Shown piece by piece: positions 40,642 through 53,656 of a DNA stretch of 64,000 nucleotides. Made by a program: the position numbers and the translations under genes. Below the pieces are notes generated by a model. The model was not told the DNA's origin. It was given only the letters and a program-made list of their open reading frames with translations, and did not search any database. The first letter of the stretch is position 1, and each line of letters starts with the position of its first letter. This DNA comes from the human T2T-CHM13v2.0 reference genome, Homo sapiens. The stretch lies in assembly GCF_009914755.1 (NCBI RefSeq), contig NC_060930.1. One strand, given 5' to 3'.

Positions 40642-41668
40642 ACGGGGAGGGAACATTCAAGGATATGGGTAGACTTAAAATCATGCCAACTCATAATCAC
40701 ATTATAATAATGTGGCACCATGCAACTTGGGGTCCCCAAAATGTAAACAATTAACAACCATAAAAATTTACCAGTTCTCTCCTTGAGCGAAGTAAAAGCT
40801 GTAACTTACACAGAGTAAGACCATCAGAGTTGCCTGGAAGAAGTGGAACAGCTTCAGTGTTGGACTATGTTATCATCAATATCATCAGTGCCTTGTTTAC
40901 TCCAGGTCAAGGTGTGATCTGAGTGTCTACTATCAAAATTCAGTGGTAGCTATTAACAGAAGGAGTTTATACGTGAAGTTCTATGGTCACTAAAACCGTC
41001 TAAATAACCTAAGAATATCTAGCTCTGGAAAAAACTGCAAAATGTTTCAACTTTTAAAATACCAACAAAATATGAGGAACAATGTTGATGTTGACCTACA
41101 TTCTATCTAGGGTGGCTAAAAGAAATAGCTGCACAATAGGGTTCTAAATAAATGCAGAATTGAAGAAATGCATCATAACAAAGATAATCAGGGTGACTAT
41201 TTTGAAATGCTCCCCATTTCTGTTTTTCTTTCTGTTTTCAAATATTCCCTCTCATCCACGCGGCATATTTTCATTACATTTGTTGTAAGAATGTACATTT
41301 AGATAATCTACTCACTATTCTTTTATGCATTCTTTTACTCCAGCCAAAAAGGGAAAAAGTCCCTATCCAAACAAAGCTAATGCATGTAAGCAAATTTGAA
41401 GGAAAAAAAGAATTTCATGAATGAGCGGGAGACAATTTTTTAATGGAATGTTTTAAAGGCTTGTGGTATAAACAGTAAACAAAATTGATTCACTAACATT
41501 AATACTGTTTGCCATGATGTGAGAGTTGGTCTTTTTTTTTAATGCCCCAGAAGCTAAAGGAAAATAAATACTGTGGTAGGGAAAAATAATACCTTACTTG
41601 GCATTTTGAAGTCATTGCTCAATCCTTCTTGAGCAAGAAAACCATAGTAATGACTTTGTTTTACCTAC

Positions 41669-41753
41669 CGCAATTATGGTACACCTCGCAGCAATCCTCC
41701 ACAATATTTTCCTCCCTCTGTTCAAGTCCTGCTAAATAATCTCTGGAAACCAT
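41669..41753 (-). CDS. Candidate coding part of an alternative first exon: MVSRDYLAGLEQREENIVEDCCEVYHNC + 1 nt (phase 1)
   Basis: ATG at 41753, 28 open codons, donor GCG|GTAGGT; unique sequence with TGACATCA (CRE-like) ~90 bp upstream; no homolog recognised. Confidence 0.3.
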
Positions 41754-42054
41754 TAACTAAGAGTACGGTTCCAATTTTCCTGTTCTCCCTCCTCTGCTGC
41801 CTCAGTGTCATGTTGGCGTCAGGACAAAGCAAACTTGTATGACATCACAGAGCAAACTCATTTTCTGTAAACCAGCCCCTTGGTAGTTTACCGCTACTGG
41901 AACCCAACGCTGTCAACAGTGTGGTCTTTGTTTGGTGGGTGTTGCTCTAAAAATTTTTTTAAAGTTTCCCAACACCTTCTTCTTTTAAACAGAGGCAAGC
42001 TGCTGGAGGCGCCGTCCTCGCCTGGCCCGCCCCACTCTGTAAACTAGACATTAC

Positions 42055-42530
42055 CTTATACACAAATGACTCTAGGCATTCCTCAGTCTAGCTGCCTCAC
42101 TGCAAAATTCCTATGCTCCTCAGCAGCAGGGCAGCGCACATTCCCCTGGCTTCCCCTCTTTCCTCTTCCCCCACCCTCCTCTTTTTCTTTTCTTTCTTTT
42201 TTTTTTTTTTAATTTCCACTGCCTCACTGTGTTTTTGTGTAAATGATCTCACATGACTCAACAAATCCATCTGCCTGAAGCAGGCCAAGTCTGGAGCCCT
42301 CCCAGGAGGGAGGAGAAGAATTGCTTTGTGGAAAGGACCTGGAGCTCTGCCCTTTCTCTGGCTCGAATTACCCGCCTGTCAGGCCTGACGGATTTGGCTA
42401 AAAATAAAAGGAAACGGGCCGTGAAAAGCAGATGAATGGGCTCAGCAGTTCCTTAGATAACACAGGCCTGCTGTTGCCCAAAGCTCCCCAAACAGAAACT
42501 TCAAATGCAGGGCCTCTGAGTCAGTGATGT
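42055..42530 (-). promoter_or_regulatory. Candidate promoter / non-coding first exon
   Basis: Donor AAG|GTAATG after 42055; GA-rich leader 42150-42212; AP-1 TGACTCA 42254-42260 and TGAGTCA 42517-42523; GATA AGATAA ~42455; GC box with CpGs 42008-42035. Confidence 0.45.
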
Positions 42531-42606
42531 GGCTTCCAGGTGAACGAGGCCTGTCAAATCCACTGGAGTTGGGGGACATGGCCTGGGCTGTGAATTTCGG
42601 TTTCCT

Positions 42607-42610
<4 letters not shown>

Positions 42611-42651
<41 letters not shown>
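42611..42651. repeat. (GT)n microsatellite, ~20 units
   Basis: Direct read. Confidence 0.95.
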
Positions 42652-42652
<1 letters not shown>

Positions 42653-43245
42653 CACAGAGAGTGAGAGTGCACGCAAGAGAGATTGAGAGAGTGAGAGAAC
42701 CAGTCTAGTATTAAAAGGTTCTCAGAAAACAGTAGACTTCAGTGGAGTGAAGGCTTGTAAAAAAAAGAAAAAAAATTGTTGTTTCCACTACAAAATTATC
42801 CTTCTCCCCACCTCCAACACCAGACATTTTCAGCCTCCCTATGATGTCACTTCTCTGTTTAGAGCCAGCAAAGAGCTAAAAGTCTTTCTTGTAAGTGTAT
42901 GCCCAGCGCCTGCAGTGGGTATTAAGCACTTAGGTTGGCAATGTAATGACACACTGTAACAATCTGTAATATGAGGCAGTCAGCAAAGCCCTGGCTCTGA
43001 AAGCTATTTCTCCCGACCATTAACCATATGTTTGGCTCCTCAGATAGCCAAGCGGGTGTTCCAGCTTACCATCTGGTTTCTATCCACACAAGCAACTGCA
43101 AAGCACAGGCTATGTCCCTCTGGAGCTGTGTGTTTCTTTTTCTCTCTCTTTTCCGCTCTTCTCTTCCCCTTTCCTCCTCCCAGCTCCTTTGGTTCCTTCT
43201 GCTAAAGAATTCTCTGCCATTCATCACGTACAAAGAAAACTTTAC

Positions 43246-43545
43246 CTGACATGGCAGCGGCAGAGCCATTAAGAATGCACAGCTGTATTGTAAACACGCC
43301 AGAGGGCCATTTACCATCCGCGGAATCTGTACAAGTCGGGCTCTACCCCTTCCTCATCTACTGAGTGCTGACACTTGATCCAGCATGTTAAAAACAGGTA
43401 CATTCTTGAGAGATCCAGGGGTTGCTGTGGTGCCCTTCATACTCACTTCATATTCTGGGAGTGGGGCTTTAAAACACATACACACACACACACACACACA
43501 TGCTCCCGAAGTTTGCCTCTGCATTCAATCTGCCTGACGTCAGTC
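43246..43545 (-). promoter_or_regulatory. Candidate first exon ending GCTGCC-ATG-TCA-G|GTAAAG, with perfect CRE upstream
   Basis: Kozak-like ATG at 43252; donor CAG|GTAAAG after 43246; palindrome CTGACGTCAG 43534-43543; forkhead TGTAAACA 43289-43296; local CpG retention. Confidence 0.45.
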
Positions 43546-45164
43546 TCACACAGGATGACATACCACCACTGCAAATAACCAACTTAACTACAGGTTTTGA
43601 TTCTTTTTTCTGCACTAAGGGTTTGATCCCAAGTGTGTATTTTTCTGAGTTTTTTTTTTTCCGCCTAAACAGCCCACATTGAAAGAGATGACACTTCAGA
43701 AGAATAAGAACATGCAGCCGCTTGTAACAAATTGACAACCTGCAAAACTTATGCTTATTTACATCTGCACTTTTTAATAGTACACAGCAATGAAATGGAA
43801 CCTACTATCAGAATTTATAGAATTTTTTCACAATGTTTCCAAAGTATTTACCCCAGAGTTTCTCCGCTACAGGATTTAAGGTCCTTTATAACTCTATACA
43901 TTTTTAAATGTATGAAGGAAGATGTATTTGATATATAGAAATTAGGTCACTTTTCTTCCTGTCCCCCTAAGAATAAGGTCTGCATTAGCAGCCCATTTTA
44001 CCGAATTAGGAAATTAAAGTTAATTCTTTCCCACACACTGAAAAAAATAAGGGCTGGTTTCTAACATATCAAGAACAAAAGAAAGAATATCATTAAAAAG
44101 TGACTAACCAGAATGTCAGATTTTATCAATGTGGCAGAGCTACAGAGGATTTGTCAGGGGAGGACTGTTTATTCAGGCTAACAAGGGTGCCAGGAAGGCC
44201 ACTACCTATGTAAACTTCTTAAACCCACAGCCCTTGTCAGTCCTCATTTCCATGATCTGAAATAGGTGTTGTGTTAGCTATTTCTATCAATAAGGGACAT
44301 TAAAATTCTGCTGCATGTAGGTTTTTAGAGAGTGACAGAAAAGGAAATTTTTAATTTCAGAAGCCTTAGGAAAATTGTCCACAGATGATGGCGTCTATTA
44401 AATGCTGTTTGAGGTCTCAAAACCATAATACAAACTTTAAATTGCATTAGCTTGACTGCCAAGAAAAACAATAACAGCACAGTTAATAAAAAGAAAGAAA
44501 AATTAGCAATTTAAAACTTCAGTATTTTCATAGTTAACTACCTGGTTTTCTAAGCACTGCAGAATCATTTTATTACAGGTATTTGTGCTTTTCATAAATA
44601 CTGGTGCCTGGGCCCCTTTCCTCCAGCTCAATTATACAAGGATCCCTGAGTGGGGAGGTATTTTTGAAAAGCTTCCCAATTTTGTGCAACTAAAGTTGAG
44701 AAGTGTTGCCTTATGTGAACTAACATGATAGTAGAAACCATCTCATCAAAATAAAAATGAAACCTTTGGTATAGAAATGTAAATGAAATTTAGGAATAGA
44801 ACAGTAGCTTTCCAAACTTGTTCTGAAGTGAAATCTTCAATCAAACAAAATCTTATATGAAATCCCTATAAGCAAGATAGGTAAAAAGCAGTAATTTATA
44901 CTGTCCTTTTATACTTTTAGTCTGTACAATATTCATGGATTTTTTAAGTTCAAAGTTATAATTTTTTAATCATAAGCCACCCAGTGAGAAAAAGGAGGCC
45001 ATTTTATTGAACACAAAACCTGAAATTGAGGTTAAGGCTGAAAGGTCCAGTCCTATACACCTCAGCATCTAATTTTTTCCATGGCCAATGGTTAAGATGA
45101 TCAAGGTCTGATGTATATAAAAATAGCAGTGTGTATAGCAGGATGAAAATTAGTTCATAAGTTA

Positions 45165-45610
45165 ATGTAATAAACATCCATTAAGTGCTTACTACACACG
45201 AGGTACTGCCCTGTGGTCATCAGAGAAATAAGTTGCAGCCTTTCCCTTGAGGAGTCTACTTAAGACGACACCTAATGGCAGAACAGCAAGACAAATGCAA
45301 TAATGGAGGTGCTGAGAGACACTATATGGGAAGGAGTGGCTAATTCTGCTTGAGGAAATAGGGCGTGACATCACCAGCAAGGGACAATTAAGTCAGGTCC
45401 TAAAAGTGTGAGCAGGATTTTTGACACCTAAAAAAGGAGGGACATTTCAGAAAGAAGAAACTGAATGTGAAAAAAATTAAAACCCGTAAGTATAAACAGG
45501 GTTGGTGAGTCTGGGGGTTATGAGAAATTCTGCAAGGGACAGGAAGGGCTGGGAGATGAGGCCAAAGAGGTAACTGAGTCCAGGTTATAAGAAACTCTAA
45601 ATGTCATGAT
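45165..45610 (-). mobile_element. L2 fragment
   Basis: 'taaacatccattaagtgcttact...gcctttcccttgaggagtcta...aagggctgggagatgaggccaaagaggtaactgagtccaggttata'. Confidence 0.65.
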
Positions 45611-45621
45611 ATAGCTTAGAC

Positions 45622-45917
45622 CAGTGCTGGCCAACAGAAACACAAGGTGAACTAAACCTGTAATTTAAAACTTTTTAATAACCACATTAAACAAATAAAA
45701 AGAGAGAAATTTACTTAATATTATAGAAAAAAGTATTATTTTAACATGCTATCAATATAAAAAGTATTAATGTGCTATTTTACAAATTTTGTTCATACTG
45801 AGTCTTTGAAACAGGGTGTGGATTTTACACTTACGGCACATCTCAATTTGGACAAGCCACATTTTAAGAGCTCAACAGCCACCTGTGGCTAGTGACTATT
45901 ATATTTGGAAAGCACAG
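45622..45917. mobile_element. MER33-like hAT-Charlie element
   Basis: 'cagtgctggccaacagaaac...ttttacacttacggcacatctcaatttggacaagccacatttt...tgtggctagtgacta...gcacag'. Confidence 0.8.
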
Positions 45918-46315
45918 GTTTAGCCCTTATTTTGCAGGCAGTGCAGACCAAAGGATATGCTTGGTTTTATTTCATGAGACAATGGCAACAATGTGAAGAA
46001 GCAGAAACATTGGGTCTGGGAGAAGGCTTCTGAGGTGGCTTCCACAGTCCATGCAAGGGACACAGAGAAGAACAAGGCTCAGAGCAAGTAGGATGGCATG
46101 GAAGAGTCAGAGTCAGAAGATACTTGTAAAAGGAATTCAGAAAACTTTAGAAGACTGTATGTGAGGGATCAAGTGAAGGACTCACAGAACCATTACATTT
46201 TTTTCATGCTGAAATTTGTGCTTAGAATGAAAGCTCACTGATTGTGTATTTAATATGAAGTTTCATTGTTCCTTTTGAGCTTGCTTCCTTCTGCAGTAGA
46301 ATGCAGTGTCACTTA

Positions 46316-46888
46316 TGTAGGATATAGTAAATTCCTCTTCAAAGAACCAATATGGTACGTTCAGCATGTTCAGCTCTCCTGTTCTTTGTTCTCCATTTTA
46401 AAGTTTAAAACTTCCTCGTTCTTTATGTCTCCTTGCCCCTAGTTTCAGTAAACAACCCCCTCTTAGCCTCTATCATCTGCTCTTAGTCATCCTTAGTCAC
46501 CTGCTCTGTCCTTAGTCAACTGCTCTGTCCTTAGTCATCCTTAGTCACCTGCACTGTCCTTAGTCATCCTCTGTCACCTGCTCTCAAACAGTCCTTCCTG
46601 CCGAAACTACTCAACCCGCCACTCTGGCGCGCACCCCTGCTCTCTTTAAAACAGCCAATCGGAATTAGCTTAGACTGTGTGGTCCAACCCTAGCCAATAG
46701 GGGAAAGACACAGCAGTAGGGACTAGCTGCGTTAAGGATAAGACCCACTTCCCCTTCCTTGTCCAGTGTGCTCTCGCCATTGCTCCATCCATGAGACGCA
46801 CCCTTCTATAGAAGCAAATTGCCTTGCTGAGAAAACTTTTGCCTGGGTGCTATTTTCACTTGGTGGCACCGAGCATTTACTTCCAACA
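46316..46888 (+). mobile_element. LTR10-family (HERV-IP10, ERV1) solo LTR with internal VNTR
   Basis: TG...CA termini; 4-bp TSD CTTA (46312-46315 / 46889-46892); 'atatagtaaattcctcttcaaag' 5' signature; two CCAAT boxes (~46654, ~46694); tandem TTAGTCA repeats 46483-46566. Confidence 0.87.
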
Positions 46889-47165
46889 CTTAATAAACAT
46901 GTGCTGAGTACCCACCACATGTTAGGCAACGCTGGGCACTGGGGAAGCAAAGCTACGACATAATTCTTACTTTCAAAGAGCTCAAATACAGTGTAGGAGA
47001 CAAAACAAATTACAACAGAGCATTAAGTAAATTAATAAACAGATATGCAAAGAGGCCTACAAAATGTTCCATAATGTATAACTTAGAACTGTTTCATATA
47101 ATGTATTCAATGGCACTTGTGAGATGGAGTGGGGCTTTCAGATAGTAAGGCTTCTATCAGCTGAC

Positions 47166-47460
<295 letters not shown>

Positions 47461-48751
47461 TCAATTGATTTTTAAAAGTGATCCAGAATATGATTTACTT
47501 CTGTGTCTGTATTTGGTTGCACTCACTGTATTAAGAGAATCCTGATACTCCTAAATACAGATAACACTATCTGAATCTCTGCTCTCAAAACTCAAATTTT
47601 CAGACAAATCTCTCGCTATTTGCTACTCTTACTACTTACTATCTGAAACTGAGAAACGAAGCTGACATGAACATAACAAGTTCAAATTCCTTTGCACTGG
47701 AATTTACAATGGGAAATTTTGGCACCTGAATTCTGGAAATGAGCAGATTTGAATTGTAAGGCACAGTTGTATTGGAAATTATAACAGTTCTTTAGCATTT
47801 CATTTGATAATCTCATAATATGCCTCAAAACTAATCTAAAAGCTTGGAGAAAATGCAGCAGTCAAGATTTTATTTCAAATTTTAATCACTAATGATAATT
47901 TGACAACTATTTAAGGTAAAAGAGTATCCAAAATGTAGAGTGGGTAGACATGATCCTCTAACAGAATGTACATCACTAAGTGATGTGTGTGGTGTTCACT
48001 TATTGTACAACTAGCCATTAATCCACACAGAAGCCTCCATCCCACAGAGGCTCTGAAACGCTGCCTGGCATGTCATCAAGTGTGCTGAATATGTGTGACA
48101 AGAGGAATTTGCCTGTTCAATTTATGATCAGGCTGGAATATGAAAAATACTGGGATGGAAGTTCCTAATCAATGATTCATTTATTTATAAGAAGTTCAAA
48201 TATGTAAGCCAAAATAGTGGAAAACACTATTTCAAGGTTGACTTGGCAGTCCAATTCAATGTGCTGGTGGTCCTAATGTGTTAAAATTTGGTAGGTAGCA
48301 CATTTGTGTGCATTTTCTTTTATTATAGTTATAAAACATAGTTTAAAATATATTAAAATGAAATGCAAATTAGATGTTTGCAGAGCCTCTGAAGTATCTC
48401 CAGGGAACTTCTGCAGACCAGAGTTTGAAGATCACTGGCTTAGGGACTTTGAGGTTAAAATGTAAATGGAAGAACAACAATTTGGTGCACCTGCTATTTT
48501 AAGGCTCATCAAGTCATTCCCAAACTTCAGCCCAGGGCAGAAACCATTCCTCATTATCCTAAGAGCAGTGAAGCTGAGAAACAAAACTGCAGAAAGTGTT
48601 TTCAGATTCTCTGGTGAGTTAGAATTTAAAAGGCTGGGACCAAAATTTGAAATACATTATTCATATCTCAATGTTGTTCATCCATTAATTCATTCAACAA
48701 TTTACTGAGCACCTGCCACGAGGCACTGTTCTAGAGGCTTGAAATACATCA

Positions 48752-49085
<334 letters not shown>

Positions 49086-49208
49086 AGACAAAATTCCCTA
49101 TCTTTGTGAAATTTAGAGTTAGTGGGGAGAGACAGACGATAATCACAAATAAGAAACTTGTTGTAAGGTAACAGGTGACAGGTGCACTGAAAAAAATTGG
49201 GAGTCAGG

Positions 49209-49464
49209 CAAACACCACATGTTCACACTTATACGTGGGAGCTGAACAATGAGAACGCATGGACACAGGGAAGGGAACAACGCATACTGGAGCCTGTTAG
49301 AGGGGGGTGGGGAGGGAGAGCATCAGGATAAATAGCTAATGCATTTGGGGCTTAATACCTAGGTGATAGGTTGATAGGTGCAGCAAACCACCATGCCACA
49401 CATTTACCTATGTAACAAACCTGCACATCCTGCACGTGTATCCTGGAACTTAAATAAATAAAAA
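49209..49464 (+). mobile_element. L1PA (approx. PA8-10) 3' end, ~250 bp
   Basis: 'gggagctgaacaatgagaacgcatggacacaggg...gatataaatagctaatgc-like...gcagcaaaccaccatg'; TSD aaaattgg(g)agtcagg. Confidence 0.9.
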
Positions 49465-49606
49465 TTGGAGTCAGGAATTAGAACTGTGGTGGAGGAGAAA
49501 GGCTGCAATTTTACATAGGATAGTCAGGGTGTGCCTTACTGAGAGAAAGAAAAAGAGGATCAGAGATCTGGAGGGGAGAGGTAAACCAAGAGGCCATCAG
49601 TTCAAG

Positions 49607-49752
49607 CAGTGGTTCTCCAAGCGGGGTCCTAAGGCCACCAGCATTACCCTGAAACTTGTCACTAGCTCAGAAATGCTAGAGAGGCACCCAGTGGTCTGTT
49701 TTTGCAGACTCTCCAGGTGATTCTGATGTGCTGTAAAGTTTGAGAACCACTG
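49607..49752. mobile_element. MER5A
   Basis: 'cagtggttctccaa...ctccaggtgattctgatg...aagtttgagaaccactg'. Confidence 0.85.
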
Positions 49753-50047
49753 CCCTACAGAAAAGGCCCTAAAATAGGAGTGGGTCTAGGATGTTCTACA
49801 GAAAAAGGGGTGAAACCAGGCATCTGGAGGTGAGAGCCAGGAGGACGGACGGTGGTGGCCACAGCATGAATAGCTTTATGATCACAGCAAGGCTTTGGCT
49901 CAGAAAAATGTGGAGCTATGAAGGACTTTTCTTCAGGAGCCACACAGCCTACATTTCAAAATGTTCATGTTGGCTGTTTGGTTGAGTGGAAGCACTGCAT
50001 GACTTGCCTCAAGAGGAGACTCCCTGACTGCTCAACTCCATTTTGGG

Positions 50048-50249
50048 CAGTGGTATGCTGCTAAATGTTTAAAAACAGACTCTGAGGGTGAGGAGCACCA
50101 ATTTGTAGTGTTTGATTTCCATGGTGTAAACTCTCCCACCATGGCTGATTTCAAGCTGCCAGTATGACTCACTGAACATGGAGTTGTGAAGAGATGTGCA
50201 TAAACGACTCACAATACTGACTCTAGTCCCAACGTCACTGTTACCACTG
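50048..50249. mobile_element. MER63-like hAT-Blackjack element
   Basis: 'cagtggtatgctgctaaatgttta...ccatggtgtaaactctcccaccatggctgatttcaagct'. Confidence 0.7.
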
Positions 50250-50383
50250 AGAACATTTAAAAATAAGGGAGAATTCTGTAAATCTGATTGGAAATGTGAA
50301 TGCTATTTTATAAGTCTATATAAATGCAATGTCTTCTATTGGTCTATTACTGTCAATCAAACACAGAGCCCAAGTCCTTAGAA

Positions 50384-50473
50384 TTTTTTTTTTTTAAGAG
50401 GCAGGGTCTCACTCTGTCATCCAGGCTGGAGGGCAATGGTGCAATCACAGCTCATTGCAGCCTCAAACTCCTG
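50384..50473 (-). mobile_element. Alu fragment (AluJ/FLAM 3' part)
   Basis: Poly-T then 'cagggtctcactctgtcatccaggctggag...cagcctcaaactcctg'. Confidence 0.85.
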
Positions 50474-52145
50474 AAAAGTTAATACAACAATAATATATTA
50501 ACTTCATTTAGAGAAAACACCATTAGTATTAAATTTCAGCTTCCTTTATTCAAAAACATTTGTTATTGAATTTCTCTTCTCTTACTACAATTAACATCTT
50601 GCACTCTCAAAAAGTATGCATTGACTAGGATTTGCCATGCATAGTATGTGAGATTGCTGCTCCAAAGGCTCACATAAATCCAAGACAGGCCATCAAGGAA
50701 TGTGCGTGAACTGCAAGAATAAAAGTTTGAATCTATCTGAAGATGAAATGAAGTTTGAATAAGGCCTTCATCCATTTGATTTGCCATTAAGAAACTTTTC
50801 TTAGCCTAATGGAATATCCCTACTTCTGTCAATGAGATTTCAGTTTGTGAATAACATTTTAAAAGTGCAGCATCTTCTGTCTACAAAAAGACATTCTATG
50901 AACTCTTAATACACATAAAGTGTTTGCAACTACCAGGAGTCTGCTCCACGCATTCTCCCGTCTGCATGATCCCTCGGGCGGTATACCACCCACACTCAGA
51001 CCCCGGGCAGCCAGATCAGCAAATGTGCACAAGCCTGCACTCCTGTCAAACAATGGGGTCTTTCAGGCCTTACAATCTTGTGAAGAAACAGGCTAAAACG
51101 TCATGGGAAAAATTAGGAAATATCAGAGGAAAACAGCTCACAAAATGAGGGGTGGAACCACTTGCTCACATGTTCTAATTTCTGAACAAAGAGAAACAAC
51201 AGTGACAGCCCCCTGCCTGCTCTGACCCCTCCATTTCAAAAGAGAGGCATCCTAACCCCTTTTTCTTTTCTTGGAGATTACAGCAGCAAGATGTAGACAG
51301 ACAGAATTAGAAATTCTTAAACCTAAAGAAGCAGAGTTAATTTCAAAAGCTTTATCCTCAAGAGAAGCATAACTAACCCATCTTACCAGCCTTGTTTGGT
51401 GATCTGAAATATCAACAAAATTACAGACTAGAAATCAACTAGACTTCAACAACCACATAAAGGAAAACAGAAACTCCTGATATATCCCTTTAAAAAAAAA
51501 AAAGCTCTTCCAAAGTATTCTTGGTATTAAATCTCATGCAATAGCTAGCTCTATCCACCTCAGCAATCCTTCCTCATTAACTGCTACACCCAGTTTATAC
51601 TTTTCATACCAGCCTAGCTAGCTGGCCTAGTGGCCTGCAACACTCCATTTGCCATCCCCAGCCTTTATCAAGAATTGTTCCACTTGTAAATTACCTGTCT
51701 CTTTTTATCCACAAAATAACATCTCTGTTTAAAAATCTATTTAAGACTTACTGCAAAAATGATTTCTAGATTAATCCAGTACATTTGCAAACTTGCCAAC
51801 AAATTTACACTTCTGCTTTAATATACTTTTATAATCCATCTATATTTTCCAGTTGATTACATTAATCTGACTTTACTAAAATCTCTGAGGATAAAGTCTG
51901 AGTCAATTCTTCTTTACATAATCTCCAACTTTCCACCATATCACTATCTATCTGTAAGACGCTATCAGCCGTTAAACACTACAGGCACATCAGCTGCTGT
52001 CTCCCAATAGTGAGGCTGATGGTCAGCCATTTTGGGAAAAGAACCATAGGTGGATTATTACTATAATGCATTATGTGGAAGAGGTGTTTATTTTGCTCCT
52101 GGAAGAAAAAAAGCAACATGTATTAAAATCATAAAAATGTTTTTA

Positions 52146-52431
<286 letters not shown>

Positions 52432-52771
52432 CAGTTTTAAAAGGTAAAACAACATAAAAAGAAATATTCTATAGTGGAAATAAGAGAGTCAAATGAGGCT
52501 GAGAACTTTACAAAGGGATCTTACAGACATGTCGCCAATATCACTGCATGAGCCTAAGTATAAGAACAACCTTTGGGGAGAAACCATCATTTGACAGTGA
52601 GGTACAATTCCAAGTCAGGTAGTGAAATGGGTGGAATTAAACTCAAATTAATCCTGCCAGCTGAAACGCAAGAGACACTGTCAGAGAGTTAAAAAGTGAG
52701 TTCTATCCATGAGGTGATTCCACAGTCTTCTCAAGTCAACACATCTGTGAACTCACAGACCAAGTTCTTAA

Positions 52772-53248
52772 ACCACTGTTCAAACTCTGCTACACATCAG
52801 AATCACCTGGAGAGCTTTACAAACTCCCATTGCCGAGGTCACATCCCATACTAATAAAATCAGAGGCTGGGCGGTGGCTCACGCCTGTAATCCTAGCACT
52901 TTGGGAGGCCGAGGCAGGCGGATGACCTGAGGTCGGGAGTTCAAGACCAGCCTGGCCAACATGGTGAAACCCCGTCTATACTAAAAATACAAAAAATTAG
53001 CCGGGTGCAGTGGCCAGCGCCTGTAATCCCAGCTACTCTGGAGGCTGAGGCCAGAGAATTGCTTGAACTTGGGAGGCGGAGGTTGCGGCGAGCAGAGATC
53101 ATGCCACTGCACTCCAACCTGGGCTACACAGCGAGACTTTGTCTCAAAAAAAAAAGAAAAAAAAAATGTCTGGGGTGGAAGCCAGGCCATCTGTAGCTCT
53201 TAAAGATCCCCAGGAGATTCTAATGTGCATCAGAGTTTTAGAACCACT
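52772..53248. mobile_element. MER5A interrupted by an Alu
   Basis: 'catcagaatcacctggagagctt...ataaaatcaga' left of the Alu resumes as 'tctggggtgg...ccccaggagattctaatgtgca...agaaccactg' on the right. Confidence 0.8.
52865..53166 (+). mobile_element. AluS (Sx/Sq/Sp-like)
   Basis: 'gacctgaggtcgggagttcaagaccagcctggccaacatggtgaaacccc'; A-tail. Confidence 0.93.
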
Positions 53249-53656
53249 GTCCTAGACTCTGTCAGTACAAGATTTTGCTCAATGAGGAAAAAGCACGATA
53301 ACTTACATTTAAGTTGGTGACAGGTAAAAGCAAAGGTTACCTCTGAAACTTTTAAGTAGGAAATCACTGCTTTGGCTGCAACAAGAAGTTTGTGCTCTGA
53401 TTCTCATAATTGGTGTAGCATACAGTCTTTAAACAGCCCTAAATGAACTTGCGGCTTTGCGATTTAGACTAGGAGAGAGAAACTAGGCATGGTGGTAGAT
53501 ATGAGCCCAGATAACAACTGAATTGTTGCCCATTGTGCCGTCGAGATATTTGGCTTGAGAGCCTACAGCCTGGATGCAAGTCCTAGGTCAGTCATCTGCT
53601 GGCTGTAGAGCTACAGGCAACTCTCCAACAACATAACCCTGGTATTCCATCTGAGG

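Noticed and set aside
41590-43560. Assigning a host gene symbol
   Set aside because: I do not recognise any candidate exon or peptide with confidence; a BLAT search is needed
46481-46584. CRISPR-like repeat array (also 63316-63386)
   Set aside because: Eukaryotic context; no unique spacers of constant length; no cas genes; explained as VNTRs
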